A DNA stretch of 64,000 nucleotides, taken from Chiloscyllium plagiosum. Lineage: Eukaryota. Below the pieces are notes generated by a model. It made no database searches. It worked only from the letters and a program-made list of their open reading frames with translations, and was not told where the DNA came from. Positions within the stretch are counted from its first letter, which is position 1. Each line of letters begins with the position of its first letter. Made by a program: the position numbers and the translations under genes. Below, one piece after another: positions 37,571-50,642 of the stretch. The DNA is taken from contig NC_057719.1 of assembly GCF_004010195.1 (NCBI RefSeq), positions 8,754,066 through 8,818,065 of the forward strand, in the 5' to 3' direction.

Positions 37571-37926
37571 TTAGATTAGATTCCCTAATAGTTTGGAAAC
37601 AGGCCCTTCGGTTAGATTAGATTCCCTAATAGTTTGGAAACAGGCCCTTCGGCTCAACAAGTCCACACCGACCCTCTGAAGAGTAACCCACCCAGATCCA
37701 TTTCCCTCTGACTAATGCACCGAACACTATGGGGCAATTTCCCATGACCAATCCACCCCAACCTGCACATCTTTGGACTGTGGGAGGAAACCGGAGCACC
37801 CGGAGGAAACCCACACAGACACGGTGAGAATGTGCAAACTCCACACAGTCAACCGAGGCTGGAATCAAACCCGGGTCCCTGGCGCTGTGAGGCTGCAGTG
37901 CTAACCACTAAGCCACCGTGCCACCC
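37571..37926 (-). mobile_element. HE1-type V-SINE with duplicated 41-bp tail
   Basis: Full element; 37571-37611 is identical to 37612-37652. Confidence 0.92.
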
Positions 37927-38016
37927 TAAAACCAGCTTGTTGTGTTGGAATTTAAACACAGCAGCATTTAACACTGAACTTTAACACGCTGCAGTATAAA
38001 ACACAACCCGCACAAA

Positions 38017-38098
38017 TAGCAGAGGGGGGATGCAAACCCACAACTCCTTAGAGACTGCTGACTTAATCCAGCACCTAGGACCGCTCGGCCATGTTACC
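38017..38098 (-). pseudogene. tRNA-Leu(AAG) pseudogene
   Basis: Minus strand GGTAACATGGCCGAGCGGTCCTAGGTGCTGGATTAAGTCAGCAGTCTCTAAGGAGTTGTGGGTTTGCATCCCCCCTCTGCTA (82 nt) is collinear with vertebrate tRNA-Leu-AAG as I recall it (~17 mismatches). T-loop, anticodon stem and acceptor stem are disrupted. Confidence 0.88.
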
Positions 38099-38621
38099 AA
38101 ACTACCTATCTGTGCTACTTAACTCTGTGATCAGCCTGTATTGCTTGCAAGACAAAGCTTTTCATTGTGCCTCAGCACACGTAACAATAAATTCAATTCA
38201 ATTCAATTTGCTACCACTGTGTCACAGGAGGGCCCTTGGGTGTGTTTTTTTTATTTAACATATTTTTCGAATCAAATGTGTTGTTTTATGACCTATTGAA
38301 TAAATTGGAGACTCGTGCACACCATTGGTATTAACACAGCAATTAATATTCAACTTTCATTGCAACCTGTAATAGTCTGAAATTAGAAAGAGTGTCCAAA
38401 TTTCAACAGGTTAGAAAACCAATGATCGTATCATCCAGGTCTAGGTCCAAGGCCTAGATCCCAGATCCTGTGTCCCGGTCTGTAAAAACACATGTAGAAT
38501 TGCCAACCCTCCAGGTTTATCCTTGACTCTCCAGATATTGAAAGCTAATTTGAGACCAACCATGGAGAAAAATCAGAAAATACCGAAATACAATGTGTGT
38601 TGAATCAAGATCGCACCTTTA

Positions 38622-39088
38622 AGGTGGCACGGTGGCTGAATGGTTAGCACTGCTGCCTCACAGCGCCAGGGACCCGGGTTCAATTCCCATCTTGGGCAAC
38701 TATCTGTGTGGAATTTGCACATTCTCCCCGTGTCTGCGCGGGTCTCCTCCGGGTGCTCCGGTTTCCTCCCACAATCCAAAGATGTGCAGGTCAGGTGAAT
38801 TGGCCATGCTAAATCGCCCGTAGTGTTAGGTGCATTAGTCAGGGGTGAACGTAGGGGAATGGGTCTGGGTGGTAAAAACAATGACTGCAGATGCTGGAAA
38901 CCAGATTCTGGATTAGTGGTGCTGGAAGAGCACAGCAATTCAGGCAGCATCCTCGGATGCTGCCTGAATTGCTGTGCTCTTCCAGCACCACTAATCCAGA
39001 ATGGGTCTGGGTGGGTTGCTCCTCGGAGGGTTGATGTGGACTTGTTGGGCCGAAGGGCCTGTTGCCACACTGTAGGGAATCTAATCTA
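38622..39088 (+). mobile_element. HE1-type V-SINE interrupted by a fold-back mini-element
   Basis: Head, V-domain, tail; insert at 38873-38998. Confidence 0.92.
38873..38998. mobile_element. Family-1 perfect-hairpin mini-element
   Basis: 48-bp perfect arms 38905-38952 / 38955-39002; 16-bp perfect TSD GAATGGGTCTGGGTGG at 38857-38872 and 38999-39014. Confidence 0.9.
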
Positions 39089-39508
39089 AAAAATGTAACA
39101 GAACATCCCAAAGTGCTATGAAGGAGTGTTACCAAACAGAATTTTTGCAGAAATGTGATGCTTCCTTTTTGAGATGACTTGCGGGGGAAAGTGTGTTAGG
39201 TTTTGACTAACTTGCTACCCCCTCACCATCAGAAAACCTCGACTGACTGCTTTGGATTAGTTAAGTAAAATAAATGAGGAGAAATTTCTCAACCCAGAGA
39301 GTGGTGAGCCGGTGGAATTCTCTGTCTGAGAAAACAGTTGAAGCCAAACAATGATTATCGTTCATTGGAATAACAAGATCAAAAGGTACGGGGAGAAAGC
39401 AGGAACAGGTTACTAGGTTGCATGATCAGCCATACTGAATGGTGAAGCACACTTGAAGGGCTGAATGGCCTACTCCATGAATGGGAAACAAATTCCTTTG
39501 TTTCTTTA

Positions 39509-39712
39509 GTTAAAAATCACACAACACCAGGTTATAGTCCAACAGGTTGATTTGGAAGCATAAGCTTTTGAAGCGCTGCTCCTTCGTCAGGTAGCTAGGA
39601 GGAGTGGTGCTCTGAAAGCTAGTGCTTCCAAATAAACCTGTTGGACTATAACCTGGTGTCTTGTGACTTTTAACTTTGTCCATGTCAGTCCAACACTGGC
39701 ACCTCCACATTA
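39509..39712. mobile_element. Family-3 palindromic mini-element
   Basis: Inverted arms; TSD TGTTTCTTTA at 39499-39508 and 39713-39722. Confidence 0.82.
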
Positions 39713-40479
39713 TGTTTCTTTATGTTAGCTTGCCCTAAATAAAATCTCTGTTCTAAGCCATCCAATACACATCAATGCTTCTTTATCTATTACAATATGA
39801 TTGATCATTACTCAACTTCCATCATCTGATTTTAATATGAGTCCTTTCATGGAGTGAAGGGATTTTTAAACAGGACAAGTGCTGACTTGAAATAGCTGTA
39901 GATTTTGGCAAGCTTAGTGAAACCTGTATGAGATGTACAGAATCCACCTGTATTGTGATGTTCATTTTATACAATGACCATGAAACCAGACAAATAACTC
40001 AGTGTTAAGAAATTTGCATCTTCAGTTTAATCCATATTTGTATGAGAAGTTGAATGTGTTGAAGATCACAGAGTTGTCTACAACTGTTCAATTTGAAAGG
40101 ACAATGGAGCTAGGCTCAAGAATATACAAATGAACCCTATTTCAATTGCTGTCCTTCCAAACAGCCCAAAATGTTGACTTTCCTGCTCCTCGGATGCTGC
40201 TTGATTGGCTGTGCTTTTCTAGCACCACACTCTTTGACTCCTTCCAAACAGCAAAGCAGATTAAAGAATATGGATGGTTGTGAAAAACTGGGTGGCATGG
40301 ACAAGTTGGGCCGCAGGACCTGTTTCCAGGCTGTAAACTTCAATGACTCATTATAAGAGAATCTGAAAGATCTCTCTAAAATTCTCTAAAACTCCAAAAT
40401 TCCCAGTGAAAATGAGGAAACAGCCATTCACCAAGAATTCTAGAATGCTATTATTACAGAAGAAACAAGAGAGCAACAC

Positions 40480-40772
40480 TGGGGAAATGATGGCCGAGTG
40501 GTTTTATTGCGGGACTGTTAACCCAGGTAATGCTTCAGGGACCTGGGATCAAATGGTGATGGTGAAATTGAATTCAATAAAAATTTGGAATTAAGAGTCT
40601 AATGATGACCATGAATCAATTGTCAGGGAAAAATCTACCTGGTTCACTAATGTCTTTTAGGGAATAAAAAACTGTCATCCTTCCCTGGTCTGGCCTACAC
40701 GTGACTCCAGACCCACAGCAATGTGGTTGACTCTTAACTGCCCTCTGGGCAATTAGGGATTTCATCCCCATA
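40480..40772 (+). mobile_element. MetaSINE-like SINE
   Basis: CTGGTTCACTAATGTCTTTTAGGGAA..TGGTCTGGCCTACACGTGACTCCAGACCCACAGCAATGTGG. Confidence 0.75.
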
Positions 40773-42069
40773 CCTAAAAATGCCACGATTATTTAAGCTT
40801 GGTTTGAGTCGCGGTTTGTGCAGGGTGGTTTTTTCCAGATTACCTCTTTCCCTGTGCATGTGTTGATTGTATGTTTTATTATTTTTTCTTGGAGTTAATC
40901 AGAAATGAAATTCCTTCACTCAAAAAAATCCTTGGAATTGACAACTTCATTTTGATCTAACTGTTTTTTGAAACTCATTCTTGGGGCATGGGTGTCGCTG
41001 GCTGGGCCAGCATTTAATGCCCATCCCTAGTTACCCCTTAAGAAGGTGGTAGTGAGCTGCCTTTTTGAACTGCTGCAGTCCATGTGTAGATCCACAATTC
41101 CCTTAGGGAGGGTGTCCCATCAAGGCAGAAGTTAAGAGCATGATGGAATTAACTCCACATACCTGAATGAGTGCACTTCCAACAGTATTCAGATAGCTCA
41201 AACCCATCCGGGACAGCTCGATTAGTAACTACTTATAGCATTCACTCTTTTCACCATAGATGCCCAATAGCAACAGCGTGTACTATCCACATTGTTGGAT
41301 ACTATGCACAACAATAACTCTGCAAGTTTCCATGGATAGCAACTTCCTCGTGGCCTCTACCAGCATGACTTGCAGTTTCTCTTCTAAACTGCACACCGAC
41401 CTGGTTTCAAACCATATATATAAAGAGCTTACTGTCCTGGAACACATTCCCTGACAGTGTTTGGGGTGTTCCTACAGCACAAGGACAGGAGCAGTCCAAG
41501 ACAGCAGTTCACCTTCTCAAGAGGCAATTGGGGATGGACAATGCATGCCGGTTCTGCCCACAATATCTACATCCCATGATGAATGTGAAAGAAAGTATTT
41601 GAGCATCTTTCTGGTCTTGACTGTCAGTCAAACAATGGCAGACGGAGAAAATTAAATTAAAATGCATCTCTTTTACAGCTAAATTAGGTTTCTCCTGCGG
41701 CATTTACACAGGCTCCCAGTAATTAGAATTAGTTTCTGAGGAGGCTGTCATGGTGCATGGTGTAATAGAAAGTCACCATGCTTTGAAACAAGTTAATCAT
41801 ACACACTGCAAAGCAACAGTCTCAAGAAATCTGAAAGAAAACGATATGTAATTTGGAAGGCACAGAATTGGCTGTCTGGGAGTTAAGTACAACTAGGAGA
41901 AAGTGAGAAAGTGGGAGTTAAGTAGCAATTGGGAGGTGCAGGATGGCTGAGATAGGGTAGGGGGTGAGTCTGGATAGGATGCTCTTTGGAGAGTAAGCAT
42001 GGACTTGTTGGGTTGAATGGCCTCTTTCTACACTGTAGGGATTCTATGGATTCTATGGAACAAACTAGC

Positions 42070-43560
42070 CTTTATTTCAAAGGGATTGGATGACAGTAAT
42101 ATCAAGAAATGGCTGAAGGCACTACAATGTCTATGATCCTTGATAATATTTTGGCAATACCATTGAAGACTTGTGCCCGAGAACTTAGCTCATCCCTAGC
42201 CAAGCTGTTCCACTACAACACTGGCCTCATCCAACAATGGTGAAATTTGCCTAGGTATGTCCTGTATATAAAAAGCAGGACAAATATAATTACCTTCCCA
42301 TCAGTCCACTCTCCATCCTGTGTAATGTGATGGACGGTGTCATCAATAGTGATAATAAGCAGCACCTGCTCAGCAATAACCTGCACAGTGATGCCCAGTT
42401 TGTGTTCAGCTCCTTGGTTCAAACATGGACGAAAGAGCTGAATTCCATAGGCGAGGGGAGAGTGATAACCCTTGACATCAAGGCCACATTTGACCTAGTG
42501 TGGCATGAACGAGTCTGAGTAAAACTGGAATCAATGAGTATCAGGGGACAAACACTCCGCTAGTTGGAGTCATACCTGACACAAAGACAAGATGGTCGTG
42601 ATTGTTGGATTCAGTCATCTCAGCTCCAGGACATCTCTGCAGGAGTTTCTCAGGCCCAACTTCAGCTGCTTCATCAATGACCTTCTCTCCATCACAAAGT
42701 CAGAATATATTCGCTGATGAATGCACAATATTCTGCACCATGTGTGACCCTTCAGACACTGAAGCAGTCCATATCTAAATTCAACACAACTTGGACAATA
42801 TTCGGGCTTGGGCTGACAAGTGGCACTTCGCAATCGTGCCATAGAAGTGCCACACAATGACCATCTCTAACACGAGAGAATCTAACCACCACCCCTTGAT
42901 ATTCATTGGTGTTACCATTACAAATACCCCACTACCAACATTCCAGGATTACCATTGAGCAGAAACTGAACTGGATTTGCCACATAAACACAATGGCTAC
43001 AAGATCAGGTTAGAGGCTAGGAATGCTTCAGTGAAATTTCACCTCCTGACTCACCAAAGCTTGTCAATCACCTACAAGGCACAAGTCAGGAGTGTGTTGG
43101 AATACTCCCCACTTGCCTAGAAGGGCACAACTCCACCGACACTCAAGAATCTTGACACCATCCAGGACGGAGCAGCCTACTTGATTGGCACCACATTCAT
43201 GAACATTCAGTACATCCACCACTAACGCTCAGTAGCACCAGTGTGTACTGTCTGCAAGATGATCTGCAGAAAATCACCAAAGATCCTCAGACAGCACCTT
43301 CCAAAATCCCAATCATTCCAAGTAGAAGGATAAGGACAGCAGATATATAAGAATGCCATCACTTTCAAATTCTCCTCCAAAGGACTGACCATTCTGCGTT
43401 GGAAATATCTCACCATTCTTTCAGTGTCACTGAGTGAAAATGTTGGAACTCTGGGGTTCATGAAGGCAGCTCACTACTATTTTCTCAAGGGTCATTGGGG
43501 TGGGTAATAGATGCTAGACCAGCCAGTGATGCCCACACCTCCTGAATGAATCTTTAAAAA
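42070..43560 (+). mobile_element. Second CR1-group LINE family, decayed RT and 3' end
   Basis: VITLDIKATFDLVWH, TTCAGCTGCTTCATCAATGACCTT (FSCFINDL), TTCGCTGATGA (FAD). Tail shared with the MetaSINE-like family. Other pieces at 41100-41590, 44790-45510 (-) and 55260-55650. Confidence 0.85.
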
Positions 43561-44436
43561 GTCTGAGTTGTCCACGGTTTTGGTGATGTTATATCTGTAC
43601 CTGGAGTACTATGCACATGTTTGGTGTCCTACCCAGGAGGAGCTACACATGCCTGAGATAGAGTAGAGGTAAAGTTCACCAGATTGATTCCAGAAATGAG
43701 AGGGCTCTGTTGTGAGGAGACAGTGGTTAAAATGGACCTATACTCTCTGGAATTTAGAAAGGTGAGACCTGATCTCATCAAAAAATATAAAGCTTTCAGA
43801 GGGTTTGACAGTGTTTAAGCTGAGATGCTAATTTTTCCCTGGCTGGAAAACCTATGGACCATGGATTCAGAATGTGATCATGGTGATTTAGCACTGAAAT
43901 GTGGAGAGATTTCTTCACTCAGTGAGGTCTGAAGCTCAGCCTGCACTTTTGACTGAGATCTCTACATGTTTGGGCATTGAGGGGACCTAGTGAGAGGACA
44001 GAAAATTGGAATTGAGCTACTGGAGACGCTTTGAGGGATGGTATTTCTCATGCTCCATCACCAAATTGGGTTGCCTTAAATCCTTTGGTGAGGTATGTAT
44101 CTACCAGTTGACCATTGTTGAATGTCAGTTCCCTGGCCCTGGATTGGTTACATAGATATCACCTACAATGCCCTCATTTCGTCCAATGCCCATTAAAGTC
44201 AACAGCAAGCCTCCAGATGGTTAATAAATTAGTCATAACAGAGAAGCATTAGAAAGTACTTTGAATTAATTCAGCAAAATGAGCCTGTCAAAATAAGTCA
44301 ATATTTTCTTCAAAGCGGTGGGTGAGGATTAGAGAACATGTCATCACCTTTTGCTCCTATTCTGTCAATGAAAATAAATAAATAACAATGAATCTCTGTC
44401 AAAGCAGAGTGTTGTCAGAGCTGCACCCATCCAGGC

Positions 44437-44748
44437 AAGATTAGATTAGATTCCCTACAGTGCAGAAACAGGCCCTTCGGCCCATCAAGTCCTCACCGAC
44501 CCTCCGAAGAGTAACCTACCCAGACCCATTCCCCTACTCCCTACTAATGCACCTATCATTATGGGCAATTTAACATGGCCAATTCACCAAAGACCTGCAC
44601 ATCTTTGGATTGTGGGAGGAAACCGGAGCACCCGGAAGAAACCCACTCAGACACAGGGAAGAATGTGCAAACTCCACACAAACAGTCGCCCGAGGCGGGA
44701 ATCGAACCTGGGTCCCTGGCGCTAACCACTGAGCCACCATGCCACCCC
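44437..44748 (-). mobile_element. HE1-type V-SINE
   Basis: (ATTAG)n tail, V-domain, head. Confidence 0.9.
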
Positions 44749-44789
44749 GGTTTGATGAAATGTCTCCACGAGCACTGAGGCAAGTGGAG

Positions 44790-45510
44790 ACATTTAATCA
44801 AACCCCTGATTTATGCTTTATAAATAGCAGACAACCTTGGGGAGACAGGAGGTCAACTATTCACTGCACAATTTGTGGCCTTTGACATGTGTGTTCCCAT
44901 AGAATTTATACAGTTAGCCCAATTCATTTTATAGTCAATGGTAACCCCAAGATATTAGTGGGAGATTTAGAGGTAGAATACAATTGAGTTTCAAGGCTAG
45001 ATAGGTTCACTCTTATTGGGTATGGTCATTGCCTGGCACTTGTGTGGCACATACATTACTTGCCACTTATCAGCCTAAGCCTGGAGACTATCCAGATTTT
45101 GCTGTATTTGAACATGGACAACTTCAGGACCTGAGGAGTCACGGTTGGTACTGAACATTGTGCAGTCATTGACAAACAGCCCCACTTCTGACCTTATGAT
45201 GGAGGGAAGGTCATTGATGAAGCAGCTGAAGATGGTTGGGCCTAGGACACTACCCTGAGGAACTCCTGCAGAGATGCCTGACCATCCTCCAATGTGCCAG
45301 GGGAAAAGCTTTCCTCCTGATGCTCATTGGTTCCAGTTCTGCTCCAACTCCCTGACACCAAACCCAGTCAAGTGCTACCTTAATGTCAAGGGCTGTCACT
45401 CTTACCTCACCTTTGGAAGTCAGCTCTTTTGTCCATCTTTGCATCAAGGCTGTAATGAGGTCAGGAAATGAGTGCAAAGTTAGCATCAGTGAGCAGGTTA
45501 TGTCAAAAGT
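44790..45510 (-). mobile_element. CR1-group LINE RT fragment (family of 42070-43560)
   Basis: PDLITALMQRWTKELTSKGEVRVTALDIKVALDWVW. Confidence 0.82.
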
Positions 45511-46514
45511 AGTTAACTCGACAAGAAATGTTTAATTGATAAGAGAATCAAGGCTAATGGGGGTGGGGGGTGTCAGGAAAAAAGTTACTTGAAGGCCAAA
45601 ACTAGATCTTATTGAATGGTGGGAGTACACATTGAGAGGCTCTTGCTCTTATTTATCATGATCTTAAGAGGTTAAGGTCATCCTGAAGTGTCGAAAGCTG
45701 CTAAACAAATTGAATCTTTTCCTTACTCTCTTCTTCAGCTACTGAAATAAATGACACAAATTCAATTGGACAATTTAACTAGATTAAAGTTTTGTTAAAT
45801 TCTAAGATGCAGGCTTTGGAACAAAAGATGATGGTGATTATACATCGAGGGGAGGTGAACACAGGGTGCTCCTGACTCTGGGATTGTCTCGCTGACTGAT
45901 GCCAACAGTCTAGCCAGGTTCTGGCAGTAAAAGGGAAGGTCTGGAGCCGTCATCAATCTGACTCTCCGATATTCCCAGCAGCAGCTGTCAATCACTGTCA
46001 CTGGAGAACGAGCCCAGAACTGACTTTCCAATCTGGAACTGGAGCCTCGGAACAGTCCTCCCAATGCTGCAGACAATCTCACATTCTTTTAGGTACTCTG
46101 GAGCAAGTAGCCCTTTCATCAAAACTGCAAAAAAAAAAGCAGCTTCTGACAAAGGACCACTGAATCCAACACCACCAGGCAATGTGGGTGCATTGTGACC
46201 AGTGAAGAGGGACCCATGTTCCCATTGCTGCAAGGGTTGAGAACCAGAGAGTACTTAAAGTGATTAGGAAAAGAGCCAAGAACAACATGAGGAAAGCATT
46301 TTTACGCAGTGATTAGAGTGGGGAATGCACTGCCTGAGAGACTGCTGGAGGTAGATTCAATAATAATTTTCAGGGGGGAAATGGATAAGCAGCTTTAAAA
46401 ATAATGATTGCACAGGCCGGTGTGGAATGTGAGGACAGTGGCAGACGAAATTTAATGCAGGGATTCATTTTGGTGGGAAGTACAAGGCAATAGAAAATGA
46501 AGGGGACACAGTAG

Positions 46515-46822
46515 CAGAGGCATGTTGGCTCAGTGGTTAGCGTTGCTGCCTCACAGCGCCAGGGACCCAGGTTTGATTCCCACCTCAGATGACTGTCTGT
46601 GTGGAGTTTGCATGTGCACTGCGTGGGTTTCCTCCAGGTGCTCCGGTTTCCTCCCAAAGATGTGCAGGTCAGGTGGATTGGCCATGCTAAATGGCCCAGG
46701 TGCATTAGTCAGGAGTAAATATAGGGTAGGGGAATGGGTCTGGGTGGGTTACTCTTCAGAGGGTTGGTGTGGACTTGTTGGGCCAAAGGGCCTGTTTCCA
46801 TACTGTAGAGAATCTATCAATC
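46515..46822 (+). mobile_element. HE1-type V-SINE
   Basis: Head, V-domain, tail. Confidence 0.9.
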
Positions 46823-46894
46823 AGAGGCATTTGGGTACATGTGTGCATACATTGCTTAAACTGTCAGGGCATCATGAGAAAGTGGTTACCAACA

Positions 46895-48830
46895 CGGGGA
46901 GGGTTTGAGTTACAAGGACAGGCTCCATGAAGTTTAGGAGGCTGAGGGGTGACCTGATACAGGTTTATAAAATCATAGATGAGGTGAATAGTAAACGTCT
47001 TTTCCCTATGATAGGGGAGTTCAAAACTAGAAGGTGTTAATCTAAGGTGAGAGGGGAAAGGTTTTAAAAGGGACCCAAAGGTCAACTTTTTCGCACAGAG
47101 GATGATTCATGTGTGGAATGAGCTGCCAGAGGAAATGGTAGATGCTGGTATAGGTACAATATTTAAAAGGCATTTGGACAGGAACATGAATAAGAAAGGT
47201 TTAGAGCGATAATGGCTGAACGCAGGTAAATGGGACTAGTTCAGTTTGGGAAACCTGGTCACATGGACGAGATGGGCTGAAGGGTCTGTTTCTGTGCTGT
47301 ATGACTCTATAAGTCCATAAAGGGATCACGGGCTTCATAAATAGAAGCTAGAAGTACAATATCGAGGTGTTTATGATGAAGATTTATAAGTCTTAGCCTC
47401 AATTGAAGTATTGCACCAATTTGTGAGCGCGACATTTTGGGAAGGATGTGAAGGCTTTGGAGAAGGTGCAGATAAGATTTACCAGAATGGGATGAGGAGC
47501 AACATGGGTTACGTGGCTGCTGACTTTACAGAGAGGAAGGTTTGAGCAGGGTTTGTTGGAGCTGCTCATAATTATGAAAGCTTTTTTATTCATTGATGGG
47601 ATGTGGGTGTCACTAGCCAGGCCAATGTTTCTCCACCATCTCTAATTGCCCATATACTTATCCAAATGTCTTTTAAACATTGTAACTGTACCCAAGCCTT
47701 GGAGTCCCCTAACTTAGGAAAAAGATCCCTGCCATTCAACTTCTCTATACCTCTCATGTCTTTAAAAACATCGATGAGGCCACCTCTCAACTTCCTACAC
47801 TCCAGTAATAGAAGTCCCAGTCCATCTAGCCTCTCCCTATAACTCAAACCTTCCATTCCCAGCAACATCCTCGTAAATATAGTATAAGTATTTATAAGTA
47901 TAGGAATTAGGATCATCTGATGGCTGTACAAGACATTGGTGAGACCACTTTTGGAATATTGTGGTCTCCTTCCTATTAGAAGGATGTTGTGAAACTTGAA
48001 AGGGTTCAGAAAAAATTTACAAGGATGTTGCCAAGATTAGAGGATTTGAGCTATAGGGAGGGGCTAAATAGACTGGATTATTTTCCCTGGAGCGCCGGAG
48101 GCTGAGGAGTGACCTTATAGAAGTTTATAAAATCATGAGGGACATGGATAGGGTGAATAGACAAGGTCTTTTCCCAGGGTAGCAGAGTCCAAAACTCGGG
48201 GATATAAGTTTAAGGTGAGAAGGGAAAAATTTAAAAGGAACAACTTTTACATGCAGAGGGTAGTGTGCGTATGGAATAAGTTGCCAGAAGAGGTGGTGGA
48301 GATTGGCACAATTACAACATTTAAAAGGAATTTGGATGGGTACGTGAACCCATACAGTGTAGAAACAGGCCCTTCTGCCCAACAAGTCCACACTGACCCT
48401 CCAAAGAGTAACCCACCCAGACCCATTCCCCAACACTTTTATCGTGAATTTACTCCTGACTAATGCACCTAACTTACAGATCCCTGAACGCTATGAGCAA
48501 TTTAGCACAGCCAATTCACCTAACCTGCACATTTTTGGGTTGTGGGAAGAAACTGGAGCATCTGGAGGAAGCCCACGCAGACACGAGGCAAACATGCAAA
48601 CTCCACGCAGAGAGTCGCCCAAGGCTGGAACTGAACCTGGGTCCATGGTGCTGTGAGGCAGCAGTGCTAATCACTGAGCCACCCCTTTAGAAAAAGGGAA
48701 TGAGAAGGTTTAGAGGGATATGGGCCAAATGCTGGCAAATGGGACTAGATTAGGTTAGGATAGCTTGTTGGCATGGACATGTTGGACCGAAGGGTCTGTT
48801 TTCGTGCTGTACACCTCTATGACTCTAAAT
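46895..48830. mobile_element. Cluster of nested CR1/HER1 3' fragments (46895-47312 +, 47650-47880 -, 47885-48830 +)
   Basis: Repeated GAGGCTGAGGGGTGACCT..TATAAAATCAT and LSYRERL-type coding remnants. Confidence 0.85.
48350..48685 (-). mobile_element. HE1-type V-SINE nested in CR1
   Basis: CR1 sequence resumes at ~48700. Confidence 0.88.
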
Positions 48831-49614
48831 ATTTTCCGAACTGTCTCTGGCTTGATAATTTTCTGAGTAACACCAATATTACTACTACACCATCTCACCC
48901 ACTTGCTCTGTTAGCCTGGCCTGAGTCCCCTGTTAATCTCTGATGGGCTTTCTTTTTAACCACAGGGAATATAAGGGCACCAGATGGAAGCCTTGCATTT
49001 CCAAAATGAATTAAATACACACAACGCAATCACAGTATGTTCCCACGAACTTTGAGCTTTATTGTCCACACAGTCTTGCTTGGCTGTCATTGTGGCCTCC
49101 TGCAACTGTGAATCTAATCTGATTGTGTTCAGGGCTTCATTAAAGGAGAAATAAATAGGATTTGTAACTAAATAGAAAAATGGGTCTGTGACACAACATT
49201 AGGGACTCAGATAATGAATTTCTGACAGTTTGTTATGCTAATCTAATACAATCTGGTTTGCTAATATTAAATGTAATGGTATGCTGGATACAACTGAGGC
49301 AATTAGATGGTTAGAATTTTATTCACAATCCCATAAATTCATTACTGGCTGCAGTTAGATTGCATACATAAAGGATGGGTAATTAACTTTCCAGCTGGAT
49401 CTTTGATGGGAGGGAAAATGCAGCAAGATGAAATGGGACAGCTTGTGATTGTGATCTCAAAGCTGGCCTTGCTGTAACCCAGTCCCTTCGAGCTCTGAAT
49501 GCTGACAGAAGCTCGGCTCCTCGCTAATTTCTCCTGAGGGTCAGCACGCGGCGAGCGCAAAGACAGCGGGAGAAAAAAACAAACAGTTCATCCGTCAAAA
49601 GATTATGGCTGATC

Positions 49615-49810
49615 GAGTTTTGAGAAGATTTGTAGCTCAGGTTGAGGTTCTGGATGTAGGTTTGCTCACTGAGCTGGGAGGTTCATTGCCAGATGTTTCG
49701 TCACCCTACTAGGTAACATCTTCGCCCGGGGGCCCACTGAAGATGTTACCTAGTAGAGTGATAAAACCTCCGGAAATGAACCTTACAGCTCAGCGACCAA
49801 ACCTACATCT
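49615..49810. mobile_element. Family-4 palindromic mini-element (related to the PLE at 59294)
   Basis: Arms with CTGAAGATGTTACCTAGTAG(A/G)GTGA..AAAC; TSD AGATTA(T/C)GGCTGATC at 49600-49614 and 49811-49825. Confidence 0.82.
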
Positions 49811-50289
49811 AGATTACGGCTGATCTGATTGTTGCCTTAACTCCACTTTCCTGTTCACTCCTCATGACCTTTGACCCTCTTGTATTTTAAAAGTATCGAT
49901 AGTCGCATTCTTTGGTGCCCTCTGCCCCTTTTTTTCTTCTGAGTGGTGGAGATAACGGGAAGAGATGCAAGATGGAAATCTAAACTTTCAGGATAAGGGT
50001 CACTCTGCACTTTTTTTATCCCTAAACAACATAGCTACCGTCCCTAAGCTTGACGCATTAGAGCATGCACCTCATGTTTAGTCACCATCCCTATTAGAAC
50101 TTCAGGATGTTGTCACTCTTCTTGACCAGCTGAGGACTAACCAGAGTTCCAATAGCAGCCAATGTCCCATTGGGTACCACCTCCAAATGGGGCATTCAGT
50201 TGGCAATGGTCCCCAGCCCCACAGGGATCAGTGTAAACTGGAACTGAGTGAAGAGTTCTCAGATTTGAGGAGTGCAGAAATCACATACT

Positions 50290-50642
50290 ATCTCTAGAGA
50301 ATGGAAGCAGGCCATTCAGCATACCATGTCCCCACTACCCCTCGAAGGAGCAACCCACCCAGACACACTCCCCGACCCTCTCCTTGTAATCCAATATTTC
50401 TAATGGCTAACCCACCTAGCCTGCATACCCCTGGACATTATGGGCAACTTAGCATATCCAATTCACCCCAACCTGCACAACTTAAGACTGTGAGAGGAAA
50501 CCCAAACAGAAAGGGGGAGGCGGGGGGGGGGGGTGGGGGGAGATGAGCAAACTCCACACAGGCAGTTACCCGAGGCTGGAATCAAACCTGTGTCCCTGGA
50601 GCTGTGAGGCAGCAGTGCTAACGACTAAGCCACTATGCCACC
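50290..50642 (-). mobile_element. HE1-type V-SINE (diverged)
   Basis: AAACTCCACACAGGCAG...CTGTGAGGCAGCAGTGCTAAC. Confidence 0.82.
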
